Source: Thermofilum sp.
GTDB taxonomy: Archaea > Thermoproteota > Thermoprotei > Thermofilales > Thermofilaceae
Assembly: GCA_020833575.1 (NCBI GenBank)
Contig: JAJHRT010000001.1
Coordinates: forward strand, 1-56,873
Length of the DNA: 56,873 nucleotides
Reading direction: 5' to 3'
The notes under the pieces are model-generated. The model did not search any database. It saw nothing but the letters and a program-made list of their open reading frames with translations, and was not told the origin of the DNA. Positions 38,502 through 48,145 of the stretch are shown in pieces. The position numbers were made by a program, and so were the translations under genes. Every line of letters begins with the position of its first letter. Within the stretch, counting starts at the first letter, position 1.

Positions 38502-39205
38502 TGAGCGTTAAAGCGGTGGACGTCAAGCCGCACGAGAGATTTCCCGGAGTCTTCTGGGTTGAGTTCGAAGACGGCAGCGCCAGGCTGGCTACGGTGAACC
38601 TCGCACCTAAAGTGAGGGTCTACGGAGAGCAGCTAGTCCAGCTGAAGGGTGTAGAGTACAGGATCTGGAACCCCTACAGGAGCAAGCTCGCCGGGGCGAT
38701 AATGAAGAACCTGTCCATAAACCCGATAGCGCCTGGGAGCAAGGTTCTGTACTTAGGAACAGCCTCCGGGACCACGCCGAGCCATGTCTCCGACATAATA
38801 GGGCCTCAAGGAGTGCTCTACGGCGTGGAGTTCGCGCCACGTGTCATGAGAGAGTTTGTGGAGAAGGTGGCAGCGTACAGAAGTAACGTTATACCGCTGC
38901 TCGCCGACGCGCGCTTTCCCACAAAGTACGCTCACCTGGTCGAAGTCGTGGACGTAGTGTACGCGGACATAGCGCAGCCTTTCCAGAGCAAGATAGTTGC
39001 GGACAACGCCGACCTATTCCTTAAAGATGGAGGGTGGGTTATGATGGCCATCAAGGCTATGAGCATTGACGTCACGAAGCAGCCATCCGAGACCTATAAG
39101 AGGGAGATAGATCACTTGGAGGAGAGAGGCTACAAAGTGGAAGAGGTTCTGCACCTAGAGCCCTACGACATCGCTCACGCCTTCGTTGTCGCGCGCAAGC
39201 GCTGA
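38498..39205 (+). CDS. flpA: Fibrillarin-like rRNA/tRNA 2'-O-methyltransferase
   Basis: [29 protein letters not shown]. Confidence 0.97.
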   Translation: MMSVKAVDVKPHERFPGVFWVEFEDGSARLATVNLAPKVRVYGEQLVQLKGVEYRIWNPYRSKLAGAIMKNLSINPIAPGSKVLYLGTASGTTPSHVSDIIGPQGVLYGVEFAPRVMREFVEKVAAYRSNVIPLLADARFPTKYAHLVEVVDVVYADIAQPFQSKIVADNADLFLKDGGWVMMAIKAMSIDVTKQPSETYKREIDHLEERGYKVEEVLHLEPYDIAHAFVVARKR

Positions 39206-39280
39206 AGTGGTTTCGGGGGTTTCCAAAGGCAAAGCATATATCCTGCTGTGGTGCTAACCTCCCGTTAGAGAACAGCGAAC

Positions 39281-40183
39281 ATGAGCGCTGTGAAAAGAAT
39301 CGAGCTGAGGCCTAAGAGGTACTGTGCGGACGAGGTAATTCTCCACAGCGAAGCGGGCATTATACTCTCGAAGAGCGTCGAGGACGCTGCCCACCTGCCC
39401 AGGAGCATTGGGGGGGAGCTTAGAGCAATGAGTGATTTCCTCGAGGCGACCCCGCTCATCACTGCTGAGAGCATGCATGGGGAAGAGCTGGAGGAGGGGG
39501 TTGTGTACTCGAAGCATGGCATAGCGGTTGTCAGCAAGAGGACGTTCGAGAAGTTAATCAGCGGGGAGCACAGAGAACCTCTGGTCTATGTCCACAGGGG
39601 AGGTATCTATGTCAAAGTTAAAGGCGATGTCCTCAGAAGGCTGCGGGAGGAAAGGAAGCTGAGCAGGGGGGAGCTCGCCGAAAAGCTAGGAGTCACTCCG
39701 CGCATGGTGGCGAACTACGAGGAGAATTCGTGCGACGTCACGCTGGAGGTAGCTGTGAGGCTGGAGAGCCTGCTGGGCAATGAGGTCTTCGAGAAGCTTT
39801 CCCTGAAGGCTATATCGAGGATGTTCGCAAGTAGCCGTCCGGCGGGGGGGATGAACCCTAGGGATGAGTACCTGAGAGCTCTCCTGAGCAACCTGGAGAA
39901 GCATGGTTTCAAAAGTTATGCTTTCAGCAAGGCGCCTATCGACGCCGGCTTGAAGGGCAGCTTTGGGGAGAGCAAGGCGGCTATAAAGAGGCACAGCGAG
40001 GAGACTGAGCCTCAAGAGCTGGAGCTTGCCGCCACGCTCTCAGACGAAACGGGGACGAAGCTGATAGTTATCACTGACTCAAAGGAGGATTTGAGCATGG
40101 CTGATGAGTATCTGGCGATTCCCAAAGGCGAAGTGAGCAATGTTTCCAGGAAGATTATCTCCTACATCCGCGGGCTAGGCTAG
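39281..40183 (+). CDS. Conserved archaeal Cro/Xre HTH transcriptional regulator (COG1395-like)
   Basis: LEEGVVY.KHG, RGGIYVKVKG..LRRLRE..LSRGELA..LGVT..YE, KAPID. Confidence 0.82.
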   Translation: MSAVKRIELRPKRYCADEVILHSEAGIILSKSVEDAAHLPRSIGGELRAMSDFLEATPLITAESMHGEELEEGVVYSKHGIAVVSKRTFEKLISGEHREPLVYVHRGGIYVKVKGDVLRRLREERKLSRGELAEKLGVTPRMVANYEENSCDVTLEVAVRLESLLGNEVFEKLSLKAISRMFASSRPAGGMNPRDEYLRALLSNLEKHGFKSYAFSKAPIDAGLKGSFGESKAAIKRHSEETEPQELELAATLSDETGTKLIVITDSKEDLSMADEYLAIPKGEVSNVSRKIISYIRGLG

Positions 40184-40251
40184 CGCGCCATCCTTGGCGT
40201 GAGCAAGCGCAAATATTTTCTCTAAAAGCTCGGGACCAGGGTGGGCTCGGC

Positions 40252-41442
40252 TTGAGCGAGGACATTTGCCCGCTCACGCAAGTGAGGGAGGGCAAAGCTG
40301 TAATCCAGGTTTGCGACCTGTCTGCGTATGCCGATGAAAAGGGGTACGTGGACCCCGCGTGGGCGCCAGTGTTCTACAACCCCCGGATGTCTTGCTCGAG
40401 GGATATTTCGTCCGCTGTAGTGGGGGCTTACGCTGAACTGCGCGGCAGGAGTCTTACCGTGGCGGATATTCTATGCGCAACGGGGGTGCGAGGCATCAGG
40501 TATGCTCTTGAGAACGAAGGAGTGGCGGTCGCATACCTCAACGACATCGACCCCAGGTGCTACCACTTAGCCTCTAGGAACATCCGGCTAAACGGCCTGG
40601 AGGGCAGGGCTATGGCCTTCAATTACGACGCGGTAAAGTTCCTGCTGGAGCACAGGAGGATAGACGTTATCGACGTGGACCCCTTCGGCTCTCCTGCCCG
40701 CTTCGTGGACCCCGCTCTCAGGGCTATTTCACACGGTGGTATGCTCTGCGTCACGGCTACGGACACAGCAGCTCTGATGGGCAAGTACCCCGGTGCCTGC
40801 CTCAGAAAGTACTCCTCCTTGTGCCGTCTCACGGAGTTCTCGAGGGAGATTGCGGTCAGAGTCCTTCTGCAGTTCGTAGCACGAGAAGCAGCAAAGCTGG
40901 GCATCACTGTGAAGCCGCTGATCTCGTACTATATGGACCACCACGTGAGGGTTTGCGTGCAGGCCTTCAGGAAGAAGCCAGACTACGAGTGGCTTGCCTC
41001 CAGGCTCGGCTACCTAGTGTATCACCCCCAAACCCTGCACAGGCAGCTGGTCAGGCTGGGTGAGCTAGAGCAGCTGAAGCTGGGGGAGGGCTACGAGGTC
41101 GTCGGCCCCCTGTGGGTGGGGGGCTTCGCTGATGGGAGTTTCGTGGAGAAGGTCCTTAGGATATTCTTGGAGCGGATCGAGCTGGGCTACTGCAAACGGG
41201 GCGTGAAGCTCCTAACACACTTGAGGGAGGAGGCTTCAGGCGCTCCTTTTTACTACACGACGGACTCTGTCACGGCCAGGTACAGGCTGCAGTCAGAGGT
41301 CTCAGTGGAGAGGCTGGTAAAGCTGCTTTCGGAGAGGGGTTTCCCGTCCTCGAGGACGCACTTCGATGGCAAGGGCTTCAGGACGTCGGCGCCGCTGGAG
41401 GTGATCCTGGAGGCCTTCAGGGAACTTTCTGCGCGAAGTTAA
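40252..41442 (+). CDS. trm1: tRNA (guanine26-N2)-dimethyltransferase
   Basis: VFYNP.M..RD, ATGVRGIRYA, DVDPFGSP, TATDTA, SRTHF. Confidence 0.95.
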   Translation: MSEDICPLTQVREGKAVIQVCDLSAYADEKGYVDPAWAPVFYNPRMSCSRDISSAVVGAYAELRGRSLTVADILCATGVRGIRYALENEGVAVAYLNDIDPRCYHLASRNIRLNGLEGRAMAFNYDAVKFLLEHRRIDVIDVDPFGSPARFVDPALRAISHGGMLCVTATDTAALMGKYPGACLRKYSSLCRLTEFSREIAVRVLLQFVAREAAKLGITVKPLISYYMDHHVRVCVQAFRKKPDYEWLASRLGYLVYHPQTLHRQLVRLGELEQLKLGEGYEVVGPLWVGGFADGSFVEKVLRIFLERIELGYCKRGVKLLTHLREEASGAPFYYTTDSVTARYRLQSEVSVERLVKLLSERGFPSSRTHFDGKGFRTSAPLEVILEAFRELSARS

Positions 41443-41485
41443 GTATATATGAAGACCGTCCGTGTGCGCGTTCTGGTGCCTGGGC

Positions 41486-42058
41486 GTGGGCTACTTCAAG
41501 TATCTCGCTAAGCTTTGGCACAGACCCATGGAGGGTGAGCACGGCGCCCTAATGAGGGAGAGGATGATAAAGTGGAGGCGTGAGCCGACAGTTGTGAGAG
41601 TCGAGAGGCCTCTCAGGCCGAACAGGGCGCACGCGCTGGGCTACAAGGCGAAACCTGGCTACGTGGTTGTCCGGGTGCGTGTCAGGAAGGGAGGGCTCAA
41701 CAGGCCTCGACCGCGGAGCGGTAGGAGGCCCAAGAGGATGGGTGTAGCGGGCTACAGCCCGCACAAGAGCGCTCAGTGGATAGCGGAGGAGAGGGCGGCG
41801 CGCAAGTTCCCCAACCTCGTGGTGCTGGGCTCCTACTGGGTGGGCGAGGACGGCGTGTACAAATGGTACGAGGTGATAATGGCTGACCCCAATCACCCTG
41901 CGGTGAGGAAAGACCTCGAGAGAAGGTGGATATCTGGGTACAGGGTCAAAAAGCTCAGGAAGCTCTCCCGAGAGGAGGCCCTCAAAATACTATCCAGGCT
42001 GAACCTAGAGAGGCAGGAGAGCGGTGGAGGGGAGGCGCAAAACCCTGTGGAGCAGTAG
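41486..42058 (+). CDS. rpl15e: 50S ribosomal protein L15e
   Basis: [38 protein letters not shown]. Confidence 0.97.
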   Translation: MGYFKYLAKLWHRPMEGEHGALMRERMIKWRREPTVVRVERPLRPNRAHALGYKAKPGYVVVRVRVRKGGLNRPRPRSGRRPKRMGVAGYSPHKSAQWIAEERAARKFPNLVVLGSYWVGEDGVYKWYEVIMADPNHPAVRKDLERRWISGYRVKKLRKLSREEALKILSRLNLERQESGGGEAQNPVEQ

Positions 42059-42503
42059 TGCGGCTACGAGAGCCGAGCTTTCTTGCTCCGCCCACGCTAC
42101 CGAGGATGAGGGGAAAGTCTTAGCAGCGCTGCTCAATGTTGTGCCTGAGAACCTACGAGAGCAGTATGCGCAAGCTGTTGAGACGACAAGAACCATGGGG
42201 TACCATGGGAACCCTATCACGATATACCGCCTAGTGGTGGAAGGACCTGACGCAAACAAGATCTTCGAGCACATCGCCTCATCTTTAAGCGAAGAGGATA
42301 GAGAGTACGTAGATTCCACGCTAGGTGACCGCCTCGAGGGGCGCAGGCTCTACATCAGAGTTAGCAAGCAGTGGGCATACTTAGGAAGGCTGAAGGTTTA
42401 CGAGGGTGACGACGTTATAAAAATAATTTTTACTCTTAGACGTAGCCGGGCTGCCCGAACTCCCGCAGGCGGACATGGGGATGCCCAAGCGATGCAGGTA
42501 TGA
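42024..42503 (+). CDS. Predicted RNA-binding protein (COG1325 family)
   Basis: AHATEDE.KV, GYHGNPI, LYIR.SKQ.AY.G, DDVIK; conserved position after L15e. Confidence 0.85.
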   Translation: MEGRRKTLWSSSAATRAELSCSAHATEDEGKVLAALLNVVPENLREQYAQAVETTRTMGYHGNPITIYRLVVEGPDANKIFEHIASSLSEEDREYVDSTLGDRLEGRRLYIRVSKQWAYLGRLKVYEGDDVIKIIFTLRRSRAARTPAGGHGDAQAMQV

Positions 42504-43254
42504 CGCATTTACCAGGGGTTTCACGGTAGAAGAGCTACTGGGTAACCGCGAGAAGATCGTAGAAGAGCTTCTCGAGATAGCTACCGCGGCTAGGGAGAGC
42601 GGCTTCCAGGGCTTTCTCCCCACGTTGATACTGGAAGAGCAATCTGCGGAGCTTAAGAGAGCTGCCCACGCGCTGTGGGAGGCTTGCCGTAGTGTTCAGA
42701 GCCTTCGCGGGCTGAAGTGCCACCCAAGATGTCATGTGAGGGTTGATAGAGTGGATGAGGCTAAGCGCATAGTTCAAAGAGTCCGAGGAGTATGCACCGT
42801 GCTTTCTGTCGAGATTACTACCCGCGAGCTTTACGCCTTCGCCTGCAGGGACAGGCGCGTAGATATAGTCACTGCTGGCACGAGGGCGCTGCACCCCCCG
42901 CAGAAGGGAGTCATCAAGTACGCCCAGCTCAGAGGCAAGTTCTTCGAGCTGGTGGTGGGTTACCTCCTTGAGGGAGGAGGTAGCGATACAATAGCATCAA
43001 GGCTGGCCGGCTATAGGGAGTTAGCCAGCTTAGCCTTCCGCAAGGGGCTTCCCCTGATCCTGTCAGCAGGCCCCCAGAAGGCGTACAGCCCCTACAGCTA
43101 CAGGGCTCTTCTCTCATTCGCGGAAGTCCTGCTAGGAGTTCCAGCCGACTACGTTGCCAGATCTATTGGGGATCTCTTGGAGACGCGTATTCAGGAAAAT
43201 CTTGAGAAAATATCCGGAAAAAGGCCTGCTGAGGGGGTTTACGTTGAGGTATAA
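42475..43254 (+). CDS. rnp3: Ribonuclease P protein component 3 (Rpp30)-like
   Basis: FAC.D.RVDIV, FFEL, LILS..; syntenic between COG1325 and Pop5. Confidence 0.75.
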   Translation: MGMPKRCRYDAFTRGFTVEELLGNREKIVEELLEIATAARESGFQGFLPTLILEEQSAELKRAAHALWEACRSVQSLRGLKCHPRCHVRVDRVDEAKRIVQRVRGVCTVLSVEITTRELYAFACRDRRVDIVTAGTRALHPPQKGVIKYAQLRGKFFELVVGYLLEGGGSDTIASRLAGYRELASLAFRKGLPLILSAGPQKAYSPYSYRALLSFAEVLLGVPADYVARSIGDLLETRIQENLEKISGKRPAEGVYVEV

Positions 43255-43549
43255 GAGGAGGTATGTGTTGCTTAAGTACGCAGGAGAGGGAGGGGTTTCC
43301 GCGGATGAGCTCCTCAACAGAGTGCGCTCACTAGTAACCAGCGTCTTCGGGTTAGTAGGCCTGGCGGACACGGACCCAGTCCTTGCTTATAGCTGGGAGG
43401 GAAGGGTATTTGTTTTAGCTGTCAAGAGGGAGGGTCTTGAGAAGCTCCTAGCCTCCGTGGTTTTTGACGAAAGCCGAAGCATCAGGATCTTGAGGGTGGT
43501 TGGCTCGCTTAGAAGGGCGAAAAAGCTCGTTGAATCGATGCAAAAGTAG
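43244..43549 (+). CDS. rnp2: Ribonuclease P protein component 2 (Pop5/Rpp14)
   Basis: KRRYVL, FGLVG, RILRVVGSLRRA. Confidence 0.8.
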   Translation: MRYKRRYVLLKYAGEGGVSADELLNRVRSLVTSVFGLVGLADTDPVLAYSWEGRVFVLAVKREGLEKLLASVVFDESRSIRILRVVGSLRRAKKLVESMQK

Positions 43550-43620
43550 TGACGAGTCTTTACTTTCTCACAGCTGCGACGTGCTAATATGCGGCACTAG
43601 CAGGTAGCATAGAGATCCTC

Positions 43621-44466
43621 TTGTCGGGAGCCTCGTGCCCTAAGTGCGGCTACTCCGGAATGCCAATATTCAGGGAGGACACGGGGGACTATGTGTGCCC
43701 CCAGTGCGGGTATGTGTTCCCAGAGCTACCCTTGGAGGACACTCCTCTGGTTGTGCGCGATAGGGAGAGAAACAGGCTGCACTATGAGGTTTACAGAGGA
43801 GGCTCAACTACTCCTAGATCCGTGGCTAGAGCGCACAGGAGGGGAGCTTACGAGCTGGAGAGAGTGTCGAGAGAGCGCCACTACGAGGCCATGGCTAGAA
43901 AGCTGCTGGCGAGCAACGGGGTGCCCCGCCACGTCGTGGAGGAGGTTATAGCCCTGCTGGAGAAGGTGCAGAGAGAGGACCTTCTGAGAGGCAGGAGCTC
44001 GAGAGTCGTGACGGCAGCTCTTCTAATGCATGTCTCGAAAAGTCGGGGTGTTCAGCTGCAGCCAGAGATCTTCGAGAAGGTCGCCGGAGCCTCCTTGAAA
44101 AGGGTCAATAGATGCTACCGAATGCTTTTAAACAGCGGAGTGATAGCTTCCTCCCAGGCTTTAAAGCCCAGAAAACCCAGCCAGATAGTCGCCAGCATCG
44201 CGGGCAAGCAAGGGATCAGGGAGATATTCCTCCAGCAGAATATACCCCTCTCACTGGTGGCGCAGTTTGCAGACAAAGCTTACTCTAAGCTGCAGGGGCG
44301 GAAGCCCGCCGGCGTAGCAGCAGCGGTGGTGTATCTAATCCTCAGGATGACCAACGCTAGGAAGGCTCAGGCAGAAATAGCTCGTGCCGCAGGAGTATCA
44401 CCGCTTACACTGCGCCGCGCTTTAAGGCACCTGGTGGAGAAACTCGACATAGAGGTAGGCATCTGA
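43621..44466 (+). CDS. Divergent transcription initiation factor IIB (TFB) paralog
   Basis: Zn ribbon CPKCG..GDYVCPQCG; two cyclin repeats (RGRS...AAL; GRKP.GVAAA..QAEIA..AGVS..TLR). Confidence 0.85.
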   Translation: MSGASCPKCGYSGMPIFREDTGDYVCPQCGYVFPELPLEDTPLVVRDRERNRLHYEVYRGGSTTPRSVARAHRRGAYELERVSRERHYEAMARKLLASNGVPRHVVEEVIALLEKVQREDLLRGRSSRVVTAALLMHVSKSRGVQLQPEIFEKVAGASLKRVNRCYRMLLNSGVIASSQALKPRKPSQIVASIAGKQGIREIFLQQNIPLSLVAQFADKAYSKLQGRKPAGVAAAVVYLILRMTNARKAQAEIARAAGVSPLTLRRALRHLVEKLDIEVGI

Positions 44467-44537
44467 GCGAGTACGTGGACGTAGACCCCCTCCCGGAGGG
44501 AGGTCTGTGAAGGCTAATGCCGTGCTTGCACGAGCTG

Positions 44538-44563
44538 TTGAAAGCTCACTTGCGAGCTTTCAA
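44538..44563. repeat. Perfect 10-bp inverted repeat TTGAAAGCTC-N6-GAGCTTTCAA
   Basis: Read directly; about 25 bp upstream of TTTATA at 44588. Confidence 0.7.
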
Positions 44564-44652
44564 GCTGATGTTCTCCCGGGCGCGAAGTTTATATCGAGTC
44601 AGAAAGGCAGATGTGATGCTAGCATAAGAAGGACTTTCAAGGCGGAGAGCCC

Positions 44653-45609
44653 ATGGCAGCTCTGGTGGATGATGTAAGCGAGTTGCGGGCTCAGCTCAAT
44701 GAGCTTAAAAGCAAGCTACAGGAGATAAGCCAGAAGATACTCGAACTGCGTAGTAGCAGAGATTCAGCCAATGGAGAGGTTAAGCGCTTAAGTGCGGAGC
44801 TCAGAGCATTAAAAGAGCAGTACCTGCAGGTTAAGCAAGAGTACTCCGAGAAAGCTAACAAGAAGAAGGAGCTTTACGAAGCTCTTACGAAGAAAAAAGA
44901 GGAAAAGGCTCGCATCCTCGAGGAGCTTCGCGCTGCAAGGGAAATGCTGCGCCGCGCTATTAACGAGTACAGAGCTCTCCAGAACTTTCTCGGAGTAAAG
45001 AAGTATGACGAGGAGGAAATTCGCGCTAAATTGGAGCAACTCGAGTGGCAGTACCAGACGATGACCTTGCCTCCTGAGGTTGAGAAGGTTGTCGTCAATA
45101 AGATTAGGAGCTTGGAATCCATTTATGTTAATTTAAGGCATTTAAACGAGCTCAAGCTCAAAATAAATGAGCTTAGAGAGAGGATTGCTGTCTTACGAAA
45201 CGCTCTTAGCAAGATTAATGAGGAGTTGAAGAATCTTCTCGCGGAATACCTCAAAGTCAAAGAGGAGGTAGCGGCTGTCCGCGCTAGGAGAGATGAGCTG
45301 CGCCAGAAGATGAAGGAGCTTTACGAGCAACGTGAGAAGACACGGGAGGTGGCTAACAACTACCATCAGCAGCTTGTGACATTGCTGGCAGAAGAGCGCA
45401 GGCTCAGGGAGGAGCTTGAGAGGGTTGCGATACTGCTCAAGGCCAAGGAGCTCTCCAGGCATATTGAGGAGAGGAGGAAGCTGCTCTACGGGAAGGCTAT
45501 GGAGGCCCTAGCAAAGTACCAGAGAGGGGAGCCCATAACTCTCGAGGAGTTCAAGATACTAATGGAGTTCAACCTCATCCAGCCTGGTGGCTCCTCGGCT
45601 CAGAGATAG
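44653..45609 (+). CDS. Archaeal long coiled-coil protein (COG1340-like)
   Basis: Heptad-rich; LEWQYQT..L.PE.E, ANNYHQ, K..RGE.ITLEE. Confidence 0.85.
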   Translation: MAALVDDVSELRAQLNELKSKLQEISQKILELRSSRDSANGEVKRLSAELRALKEQYLQVKQEYSEKANKKKELYEALTKKKEEKARILEELRAAREMLRRAINEYRALQNFLGVKKYDEEEIRAKLEQLEWQYQTMTLPPEVEKVVVNKIRSLESIYVNLRHLNELKLKINELRERIAVLRNALSKINEELKNLLAEYLKVKEEVAAVRARRDELRQKMKELYEQREKTREVANNYHQQLVTLLAEERRLREELERVAILLKAKELSRHIEERRKLLYGKAMEALAKYQRGEPITLEEFKILMEFNLIQPGGSSAQR

Positions 45610-45673
45610 CCAAGGAGCGAAAGAAGGCAACTTTATTATACTGCTTGGCATGTGCCCGGCAACGTAGGAAGGG

Positions 45674-47851
45674 GTGGGTGTAGTGTCGCGCAAGTACTTA
45701 CAGCCATTGCTCCGGCTCCTGGACCTCACAGGTGACGACAGAATCGTCATCTCCGTCATTCTCCTGATAGCTTTTGCGGTATCCCTGCTGGCTCGCCTTA
45801 CACCTATGCACTGGGGTGTGTACCTCAACGAGTTCGATCCATACTACGAGTACTACTTAGCTGAGAAGGTTCTCGAGAACGGTCAGGGAGATGTGTTTGC
45901 AGGTATAGCCTGGTGGTACCACTGGTGGTTCGAGAACCCGAAGCCGCGCGACACCTTGTTCTGGGCTCCCAATGGTAGGGATCTGAGGGGGTCCAGCCAG
46001 CCGGGGGCAGCTTTCTTCACCGTCATAGCTTACGCTATACTAAAAGCCCTCGGCCTGGACGTCGACTTGTACTACGTGCATGCGATCTCCGTGCCTGTGG
46101 GAGCGTCCCTCGCCGTCTTCACGGCCTACCTGCTTGGGCGCGAGCTGAAAGACTCTAGAGTCGGGGTGCTGTCTGCCGTCATGCTAGCGCTCAGCTGGGC
46201 CTATGCTTACCGAACGAACTTTGGGGCCAAGCACGAGGGCTTCGCAATACCCTTCATGCTGCTGGCTTTCTACCTCTTCCTCAGCGCCTACAACAAAGGG
46301 TCGTTGCTGCGAGCCGCTCTCGCCGGCGTGTCCATGGGAGGGGTTGTTCTATCCTGGGGTGCGTACCTATACCCATGGAACTTGCTCGCTCTAGTCGCGC
46401 TCGTCTGGCTTCTAACGCACTGGGACGACGAGAGGATGGCTAAGGTGTTTCTACTGGAGAACATTATTGCAACATTCTTCGTGGCAACCACTCCTCGCTT
46501 CGGCCCTAAGGCAGCTTTCCTCTCGCTCACAGGGGCGCTTCCCCTTGCAGCAAGCGCGGTGGCAGTTCTCGTACTGCTAGGTATTCGCAGAAAGGCGCTG
46601 CCGCGGCTCAGCAGTAGAAGCATTCTACTAGCGATAGCGGTGTTAATCACAGCTGTAATAGCGGTGGGCAGTATTACCGGTGTTTTAGCCGGCGTTGCCG
46701 GCAGGATTCTGGCGGTACTAGTCCCAGTGATCCGAGAGCCCGGAGTGACCACGGTAGCAGAGCACGCGGTGCCCACGTGGAACCAAATCTTCGAGGACTT
46801 CCAGACAGCACTGCTCTTCGGAGCTCTGGGCGCGTACATAGCGCTTATGAGGGCTAAGGAGAGGGTGAACGATCTCTTCGCGGCCCTGTACTTCGCCGCC
46901 TCTCTCTACTTCTCCTCCTCGATCGTCCGCCTCCTACTCCTCTTATCGCCTGCCGTAGCGGCGGTCGGCTCCCTAGGGTTAGTGGAGCTATTGGACAGGG
47001 CGGGAGAGCTTGTTGAGGTCAGGGAGGTTAGAAAGCGCAGAGAGACCTCGCCGGGCTGGTTCCTCGCGGTCGCGCTAGTCACCCTGCTGATATTCTCCCC
47101 CTCGATCCTGAACTCGAAGATACCCCTTTACTCGCACCAGCCGCCACTCATACTCTCCTCCTCAGTACCTGTTGTTAGGTACAACTACGAGTACATGGAT
47201 TGGCTATCCGCTCTCGAATGGATAAAACTCAATGTTCCCCGCGATGCCACCATTGCCACTTGGTGGGACTACGGGTACTGGATTAGCGTAAATACGGGTA
47301 GAAAGACGACGTGTGACAATGCTACAATAGATACCAAGCAGATACAAAAGATAGCAACAGCCTTCATGTCCGATGAGGACACAGCCCTAAGAATATTTAA
47401 AGAGCTCAATGTCACCTACGTCGTCGTATTTGAGCCGCTCCAAAGCGTCCAGTTGTTCCAGGGAGTAAACGTCTACTTCTCGATGATACATCCAGCTCTA
47501 GGTGGCGACATGGCGAAAAGCCCACAGATGCTCAAATGGATAGGTTTGGATGCGTCAGATTACATCTATGGTTATAGAAACGGAACCTATGCAAGCCTTA
47601 CCGATCAATATGGTAATACCATATACCTGCTCTTACCCGCAAACACCCCCAAAGCGCTTAACGCTACGTTATACAGGATGATCTTCACGCGAAACTACAA
47701 GCAGCAGCTCTTCATCTTCGACAGCTTTGTTGCACAGCAGCTGCAGGGGTATAAGGGTCCTGTGCTGAACATACCCCCGCTGAAGAACTTCGAGCTCGTA
47801 TACGTCTCAGAGCCCAACGGCTGGGTCAAAATATTCAAGGTGAAAGGCTAA
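45674..47851 (+). CDS. aglB: Oligosaccharyltransferase AglB (STT3 family)
   Basis: EFDPYY, TVAEH, WWDYG, DNAT, DK motif DMAKSPQM; multi-TM N-terminus. Confidence 0.96.
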   Translation: MGVVSRKYLQPLLRLLDLTGDDRIVISVILLIAFAVSLLARLTPMHWGVYLNEFDPYYEYYLAEKVLENGQGDVFAGIAWWYHWWFENPKPRDTLFWAPNGRDLRGSSQPGAAFFTVIAYAILKALGLDVDLYYVHAISVPVGASLAVFTAYLLGRELKDSRVGVLSAVMLALSWAYAYRTNFGAKHEGFAIPFMLLAFYLFLSAYNKGSLLRAALAGVSMGGVVLSWGAYLYPWNLLALVALVWLLTHWDDERMAKVFLLENIIATFFVATTPRFGPKAAFLSLTGALPLAASAVAVLVLLGIRRKALPRLSSRSILLAIAVLITAVIAVGSITGVLAGVAGRILAVLVPVIREPGVTTVAEHAVPTWNQIFEDFQTALLFGALGAYIALMRAKERVNDLFAALYFAASLYFSSSIVRLLLLLSPAVAAVGSLGLVELLDRAGELVEVREVRKRRETSPGWFLAVALVTLLIFSPSILNSKIPLYSHQPPLILSSSVPVVRYNYEYMDWLSALEWIKLNVPRDATIATWWDYGYWISVNTGRKTTCDNATIDTKQIQKIATAFMSDEDTALRIFKELNVTYVVVFEPLQSVQLFQGVNVYFSMIHPALGGDMAKSPQMLKWIGLDASDYIYGYRNGTYASLTDQYGNTIYLLLPANTPKALNATLYRMIFTRNYKQQLFIFDSFVAQQLQGYKGPVLNIPPLKNFELVYVSEPNGWVKIFKVKG

Positions 47852-47953
47852 CCTAGCAGCGATCATTCTTTCCTTGTGATTGGTGCTTTTAATCAGGGCG
47901 GATCCTCTTTCCGCGAGTGAGGGGAGAAAGCCCGGTGTGGATGAGACCCCAGG

Positions 47954-48139
47954 CTAGCTTGCCTGCGACCTCTCGCTGTAGAGCTTCATCCGCCTCCTGT
48001 AGGGGCCGTAGGGGTCTTCGGGTGAGAATTTAGCCGGGTGGGGGGATTTGACTGGGCCGCCGCAGTAGGGGCAGCTGTCTTCCCTGAGCGTGTACCGACC
48101 ACACAGGGTGCACCTTCTCAGAAGCCCCCTTCTGCCCAT
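47954..48139 (-). CDS. nop10: H/ACA RNP protein Nop10
   Basis: C..CGRYTL, CPYCG, HPAKFSPEDPY..YR. Confidence 0.96.
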   Translation of the reverse strand: MGRRGLLRRCTLCGRYTLREDSCPYCGGPVKSPHPAKFSPEDPYGPYRRRMKLYSERSQAS

Positions 48140-48145
48140 GCCTTC

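Noticed and set aside
44653-45609. SMC/Rad50 or phosphatase call for the coiled-coil protein
   Set aside because: No Walker A/B, hinge or HAD motifs
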